Source: the human T2T-CHM13v2.0 reference genome, Homo sapiens
Direction: 5' to 3' (one strand)
NCBI RefSeq assembly: GCF_009914755.1
Contig: NC_060936.1
DNA: 64,000 nt
In this document: one piece after another, positions 57,193-64,000 of the stretch
Numbering within the stretch: position 1 is the stretch's first letter
How the letters are laid out: the number at the start of each line of letters is the position of its first letter
Translations under genes and position numbers: made by a program
The notes under the pieces: model-generated
The model's input: the letters and a program-made list of their open reading frames with translations, nothing else
The model's database searches: none
Told to the model about the DNA's origin: nothing

Positions 57193-58840
57193 GTGTGTGC
57201 ATGTACGCGTGTGATTCCTGTGTGTGCGAGCTTCTGTTTATGTGTGTGAGTGTGTGCATGTGTTAGTATGTGTAAATGTGTGGTTTATGTGTGGTGGAGT
57301 GAGCACATGAGCATGTAAAAGTGTGTGTGCATGAACAGAAGTATGTATGTGTACTGCATATGTATGTGTGAGTCTGTGTGGCATATGTGTATGTGGAGAT
57401 GTGTTTGTAGTGTGTATCCGTGTGTGTACCTGCAAGTATGTTTGTGTTTATGTGTGAGTGGTACGTAGTATCTATACACAGGTGTGTACATTGTGTGAGT
57501 CGTGTGCATGTGTGTGATGACTCTGTGTTTGCGAGTGTGTGTGCTGCATGTACCAGAATGTGTGTATCTGTGTATGTGAGGGTTTATGGGTGAGTGCAAT
57601 GTGTCTGTATGTGGGCATGTATATCATGTGAGTTATGAATATGGGTGCAATGTATGTGTGTATCTTTATGAGTGTGTTGTGCTTGTATCTATACATGTGT
57701 GTGCACGTGTGCATGCATACATTTGTGTGTGTGCATACATTTATGGGTGTGATGTGTGTGTCTGTCTGTGGGTGTGTATGTTGTGTGAGTTGTGTGTATA
57801 TGTGTGATGAATGCATGTGTATGTGCATGCATGCATCTGTGTCTACTCGTACTTTATGGGTAAGAGGTGTGTGTGTGTGTGTACATTGTGTGAGTCGTGT
57901 GTACATTGTGTGAGTCGTGTGTACATGTGTGATGAATGCATGTGTATGTTTGTGCATGTGTGGTGCATGCATCTGTACATGTGTGAATCTGTGTGTATGC
58001 ATATATTTATGGGTAAGATGTGTGTCTCTGTATGTGGGTGTGTACATTGTGTGAGTCGTGTGTACATGTGTGATGAATGCATGCGTATGTGAGTGTGTGG
58101 TGCACATATCTGTGCATATGTACATCTGTGTGTACACATATATTTATGGGTGAGAGGTGTGTGTCTTCATGTGGGTGTGTATGTCATGTGAGTCGTGTGT
58201 ACATGTGTGATGAATACATATGTATGTGAGTGTATGTATAGTGCATGTATCTGTGCATGTGTGAATCTGTGTGTATGCATATATTTATGGGTGAGACGTG
58301 TGTCTCTGTATGTGGGTGTGTACATTGTGTGAGTCGTGTGTACATTGTGTGAGTCGTGTGTACATGTGTGATGAATGCATGTGTATGTGAGTGTGTGGTG
58401 CACATATCTGTGCATATGTACATCTGTGTGTACACATATGTTTATGGGTGAGAGGTGTGTGTCTTCATGTGGGTGTGTATGTCATGTGAGTCATGTGTAC
58501 ATGTGTGATGAATGCATGTGTATGTGAGTGTATGTATAGTGCATGTGTCTGTACATGTGTGAATCTGTGTGTACACATATATTCATGGGTGAGACATGTG
58601 TCTGTACGTGGGTGTGTAATTGTGTGAGTTGTGTGTACATTGTGTGAATCGTGTGTACATGTGTGATGAACGCATGTGCATGCATGTGTGTGGTGCATGT
58701 GTGCATCTGTGTGTACACATACATTTATAAGTGGGGGTGTGTGTCTGTGTGTGGCTGCGTGTGTTGTGTGGGTCATGTGTACATGTGTGATGGATGTATG
58801 TGTATGCTTTGCTTTGTGATGCGTGTATCTGTGCACAGGT
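57193..58840. repeat. TG-rich complex minisatellite (about 140-bp period)
   Basis: Recurring anchors ttatgggt and gtacatgtgtgatgaatgca. Confidence 0.93.
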
Positions 58841-61800
58841 GAACCTGTGTTTTTCTCCCTTGTTGAAAGGCAGGATGACACGGCAGTTAGGAGCTTCTCT
58901 GGGGCCTTCAGGCAGACGGTCTGGGCTGTGTCCTGGCTGTGCCTTTTCCCAGCCCTACCTGCAGTCCTACACATCTTCTCCACCTCCAGCGGCTTCTCCT
59001 TCTCACATCCACCCTCTGCGAAGGCATAAATAGTAGCAACTCCCTTCTGGATTCTATGAGGTGATAATTACATGAGATGGCAGAGCCTGGAGCACGGGAG
59101 CTCCTCAGTGACTCAGTCATGTTCATTCCAAGGAGTTCAGGGTCCTTGCCGTCTGCAAACCTTTCCCCTTATTTTCAAGATCCTTGAGTCTGACTGTCAA
59201 GCAGTAACATTCCAGCCTCAACTACAACAATACTTGTAGATGGTAAGAAACATTGAGATAGAGGAGAATTTCTTAGAGAAGGTCAGGGTCTTGGATTCCT
59301 TCATAGAAAAGAAAAAAGGGCCAATTTATGTCCTTTGCTAACTCAAGGCCTGATTTAAAACCGTAACCCATGGGTAAAAATGTAAAAAAGCTCAACCACA
59401 AAAGCATGTATGGGGACGTGTTCCCTGCTGCTGGGAGGGCTATAGGGCTGGGTGCCATTATGTTCATGTACAATGAAGAGTGGGAACTCCTCTATGTGGG
59501 GCCAGCCACGAGCCTGACCCCATGCACAGCATCTCATTTAAGTTTCTCCACGTACCCACAGAATGGAGCTTCCACTGGACCCCATGTCACTGGTGAGGGA
59601 CTTCAGGCAGAGAGAAAGCTCATCCTTTGCCCAAGGTCACACCGCTGGTAAAAAGCAAATGAAGTTCAAACTGACCTCCTCATCCCTGCCCTTGTCCTCC
59701 CAACAGGCTCCTCACAGGTGGAAAAATCAACCCCTACAGCAAACTCATTGTTTTTTTGACCTCTCCTAAAATTAAAATCCAAGATCCCTCATGAGCTCTG
59801 TGATCTTGGGTAAGGTGTTTTTTTTTTTTTCACCTCTATGGGTTCCAGTTTCCTCCAAAGAAAAACCAAGGGTTTTGCAAACATTTAATTGTCAGTGCAC
59901 ATCATGCCAGTTTCATGTCCTTGACCTTGGGAGAAGGCTGGCCAGTGGCCAGAACCGTCCTCTATGCTCTGAGGCTGAGAGGCGTCAAAGCAAAGCTCTG
60001 TGACACACATTACCTTTGAGCCCCCAAAGAACATGAAGGAGCCCAGCCTGGGGGGTGCTTCTACTCTCTCTCTCCCAGTCCAGACTCCAGCTACTTCCCC
60101 TAAAGAGGAAGGCCATGCTGAGTGTCTCCAGCTGAGGACGTGTTACTCCAAGACTCATCTCCTTTGATGTCTGGTCTCGTTAGCGGCTACGGTGGTATAG
60201 GTGCTGACTGGGTTAACTCCATCAATATTCTCCTTCTTACTCACCTACTTTGCTGTTTAATAACATAATACATATTCTTGTATCTTTTGCTTGTAGTTTC
60301 TATTTTGTATTATGAAATGCCCCTGGATTCCTTTGAGTCTATTTAGTCAGAACATAAAAAAGCAACTATCCTGCCATTTACCTCTTTCCATTTTACTACT
60401 CAGCATGATCTTGAATGACTCTAATATTTTGCATTCATGACAAAAATATACAAAAGGTGACAGATGAAATGTAGGTCATGCTAAGTTTTTTTTCCGGCCC
60501 AATAAAAGTGCAAGTCCTCTAAAGAGATCTTTCCCGGAAAATATGAATATGGCAAAGGAATGTAAAAGGAAGGATTTGAGACTGAGGCCATAGTAATCAT
60601 TTTAAAGCAGTTACAAGCACATTTGCAAGTAAATACATCCATTTCTAGGCGCTACCTAGAGCTGATGTTGGCAAATACAATTCCGAGAAGCCCTCAGAGA
60701 AGGAAAGCATTGTTTGCTAAGCAAGTTGCCGAGATGAGATCAGTGGAATAGAAAAATCTTATTTTTGATGACGTGAATCTAAATGAGTTATGGGGAGAGG
60801 TAGGAACTGGGAGTGGGGACGTCTCTTCCAAAAATAAAATCCTGAGATTCTGGGATGTGATCTGCCCAGTTGATGCAGTACTTTGATTTTTACCCTTAGC
60901 ATCAAGTTAGGTAAGAAAAAAAAATAGAGCGTTTAAACTGTAATTAATCAAAAGCAGTTTCTCTATGGGTGAATTTCATCTTATAGGTTAATCCTTTGTT
61001 CTGCATGAGTTATAACACTTTGGCCTTCCAGGATCAGTAATCCAAGAAATCACATTCACAGGTACTTGGAATTAAATTTTTAACCTATCTTTCCTTGGAC
61101 ACAATTCAACCAACAGCCGTAAGTATCATTGGTATGATTAGAATCAAGATTTCTTGTCTCTCTTGAAACATTCGAATACCTGTCTGCACTGGACTCGTCT
61201 TTCTGCAGCAGCGATGGGCTGGGGCCGAGTGGCGTTGACTCCATCAGCCTGGACATTGACACATGGCTCTTCCCAGCTACCAATCTAGCCATGCTCCTCA
61301 CTCAAATTACCCAACGACCCTTCGAGCCCGAGAGAGGTCATCCAGCTGAGAACTGTTACGGTAATCTACAATTGGGGGTCTTCACATTTTATATCCATGA
61401 GTTTAAAATAAAACCTCAATGACCACCACAATGAAAAACTATGGACACAATATTTGAAAAAGACAGTATAACACATGAGTATTTACATTAACTATAAATG
61501 CGCGAGTCAGACCAGATTCAGCCACCACTGCGCATATTGTTTTTGATTTGATTTGATTTGGGAATGCAGTCGTGCAAGTGAGACCTGCTTCTTTCAGCCT
61601 GAAACACAGCTCAGCTCTCCACACGGCACTGCACTGCTGTCTGCTCTCGCACTCTGCTTCTCTCCCTCTGCCGGGCCCTGGAGTCACTGGATTTGAAACC
61701 CTGGTCCCGGACCTACCTTCAGCCAGACTTTAGATTCTGCAATTAGAGATATTCTCACTGATGCACCTGCCAATATCTATTCTATGTTTTAAAGCAATAG

Positions 61801-62039
61801 AACCTCACATTTTCACTGGGTAAAAGGCAACTGATACCTTTTTTAAAAACACACACACATTTTTTTCTATCTTCCTTTGTATATCTGTATGGCTGGCCAC
61901 ATGACTGACTTTAGCTCTGTGAGATACAATGAAAATGTCATAAAGAATGCTTGGTAAGTCTCTGGAGAAAGGAGCTAATTCAGTTAGAAGGAATCTTTTT
62001 GTCTTTCCCATTCAGTTTTTATGCCAGCCTAAAAAACAG

Positions 62040-62290
62040 ATGGGATGGCTAAAGTTTCCATAGCCACCGTGGGCCCTGAAGTGACCTTGAGTAGGAATTC
62101 ATGTTCATTATTGAATAATGGTGGCTAAGAAGCAGCCAGGAGCACAAGTCCTTGTAACAGCATGGAGCTGCCTTATCTGCTGTGGATTTCCCCAACCTAG
62201 ACCACTTTTACAGAAAGGAAAATAAACACCTACCTTATTTAATCCATCGTTATCTTGCAAACTCTCTGGGTCCTCTCTCAGAGATAAAGT
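62040..62290 (+). mobile_element. MLT1J-like LTR fragment
   Basis: 'catggagctgcc...gaaaggaaaataaacacctaccttatttaatcca'. Confidence 0.55.
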
Positions 62291-62924
62291 AAATCTTAGA
62301 AGTGTCACAAAGCATGTAGGCTGCTGATAACCTTATTGCATGTAGGGTTGTGGAACATTTCTCATAGCAGGAGTTATGGGCCACACAACACAAGAGTTAT
62401 TAATACCTACAAGGTCCGAGTCCTATCATTTATGCTCACCAATCCTCACCAGAACCCTAAGAGATCACCACTATTATCCTTGATTTTCAAATGAGGAAGA
62501 ACAGTGCAAAGAGTTTGCATGAAATTATCCAAGTCACACATCTCGTAAAGAACAGAGGTGGGTTCATTCTTTCATTTCTTCTGCTGGGTACCATCAGTCT
62601 ACCTAATGTTGGGCTGAACACCAAGTATGGAAAGATGGACACACTCCCTGCCCTGGGAAAGCTCACACTAGACAGGGGTCAGAGGCACACCAAGAGATAC
62701 ATCCAAACCTACACAGAGCATTCCACGCTATCCAGTCCCTCAACTGCAGGTTTCCTGAGGGCAGGATCTGGGTCTGTCGACTTACCCAGTGCTTGGGGTA
62801 TGGAGAACCCAAGAAATATGTGAATTGTCATGGAATGAAAAATATATGTGTATATTAGAACAAATAAGACACACCTAGTGCATTCTCAGGACAAATAGTT
62901 AGAATAAGGTTAAAGCAGAGTGAA

Positions 62925-63055
62925 CTAAACACCGCTGTACCGAGGTGATGGATAACCTCAATCCCTTGACTCGAACATGATGTATTTTATGCACATATCA
63001 AAATATCACAAGTACCTATAAATAGGTGCAAATATTATATATCAAGAAAAAAAAT
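62925..63055 (+). mobile_element. L1MA-like 3' end fragment
   Basis: 'gaggtgatggata...tatcaaaatatcaca...tattatatatcaagaaaaaaa'. Confidence 0.7.
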
Positions 63056-63829
63056 ACTGCTGTAAAGCTCCTCCGTGTTATGTGACCAGGGTTGACAGTG
63101 CTGTCCGTTGTCTACTGGGAAATCAGAGACCATGAATGACACCTTCCTCCACCTGCCCAGGCCAGAGGTGTGTCAGAGGAGAAGCAATAAGACAGGAGTG
63201 GAGAGCTGGAAATGTTCCTCATCATTTCCAGTTAATTGGCTCCCCTGGGAGCACCAATACCAAAAATGCCTTTATTTTAAAAGATGATTTTTATTTAGTA
63301 TTTTTTTTCACATTACTGATGGATGTTTCTAAATATTAGAACAAATGACAAGCAAAAGCAATGCTGTTTATTTTTAAACATGCTCATGGCCTAATGCACC
63401 AAGCCAAGGGCCTTTCACCAAGATCCAGGAATGGCAAAAAGGAAGACAAGACGTGCCAAAACAAACTTACAAAAAGTGGAACATTGTTAGAATGTTTATA
63501 TTTAACAAAATAACTCCCGTAATAGGAAAATAAAGTGCTATCTAATAATGAAATTCTAAAAATAATTAAAAGATTGTAAAGAGTTATTCATCCACTATGT
63601 GGATCCAGGTGTGAAGTGTGTGGACGTTTTCGTCAGACCTGTGATTGTATTTCTAAAGCTGAATGTATATGAACCATGTGTCAATTATTTCTAGTTTAAG
63701 TGGTTAGACATTTGTTAATAGGGGTCACCAGGATAAGAGAACTTCCATTGTCTTCACACAGGGTCAGACTTTGCCAAGAAGGAGAAAGCCCTCCTATCCT
63801 TTAAAAATCTTAAAGATAATTAGATATTT

Positions 63830-64000
63830 GTTATAGCTGGGCAGCTGAAACAACTGACATTTATTTTCTCACAGTTGTGGAGGTTGAAAGTCCGAGATCA
63901 AGGTGCGGTCAGGGTTGGTTTCTAATAAAGGTTCTCTTCCTGATTTGTCAATGGTCACCTTCTCCTTGTGTCCTCGCATGGCCTTTGCTTTGTGCATGTA
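63830..64000 (-). mobile_element. MLT1A/B-like LTR (runs off the window)
   Basis: 'catttattttctcacagttgtggagg...aagtccgagatcaaggtg...ccttctccttgtgtcctcgcatggcc'. Confidence 0.85.

Noticed and set aside
57071-58983. H/T-rich and C/V-rich ORFs (up to 221 aa)
   Set aside because: Translations of the TG/CA-rich minisatellite.

Overview
Primate, most likely human, non-coding DNA (intergenic or deep intronic). It carries AluJ/S/Y SINEs, THE1/MST/MLT MaLR LTRs, LTR8 and MER4-group ERV1 solo LTRs, L1/L2/MIR fragments, hAT DNA-transposon fossils and several micro/minisatellites. I find no credible protein-coding gene, RNA gene or CRISPR array; the supplied ORFs are explained by repeats, low complexity or chance. 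I cannot identify the locus. Repeat subfamily names come from recalled consensus sequences, and boundaries and identities were read by eye. Structure not explained by ordinary repeat annotation: (1) six short (60-190 bp) locally copied segments whose partner lies 0.3-4.3 kb away, two of which visibly interrupt a transposon consensus and several of which have stutter or fold-back junctions resembling templated-insertion repair scars; (2) an 18-unit 34-bp VNTR carrying 9 AP-1 sites, 5 of them full NF-E2/NRF2-MAF elements, with an inverted two-unit copy nearby that may preserve its pre-expansion state; (3) a 3.5-kb almost pure A/T tract that appears to have grown between an AluY tail and its target-site duplication; (4) a palindromic CTCF-like site, a GATA/forkhead motif cluster and two candidate + strand exons.
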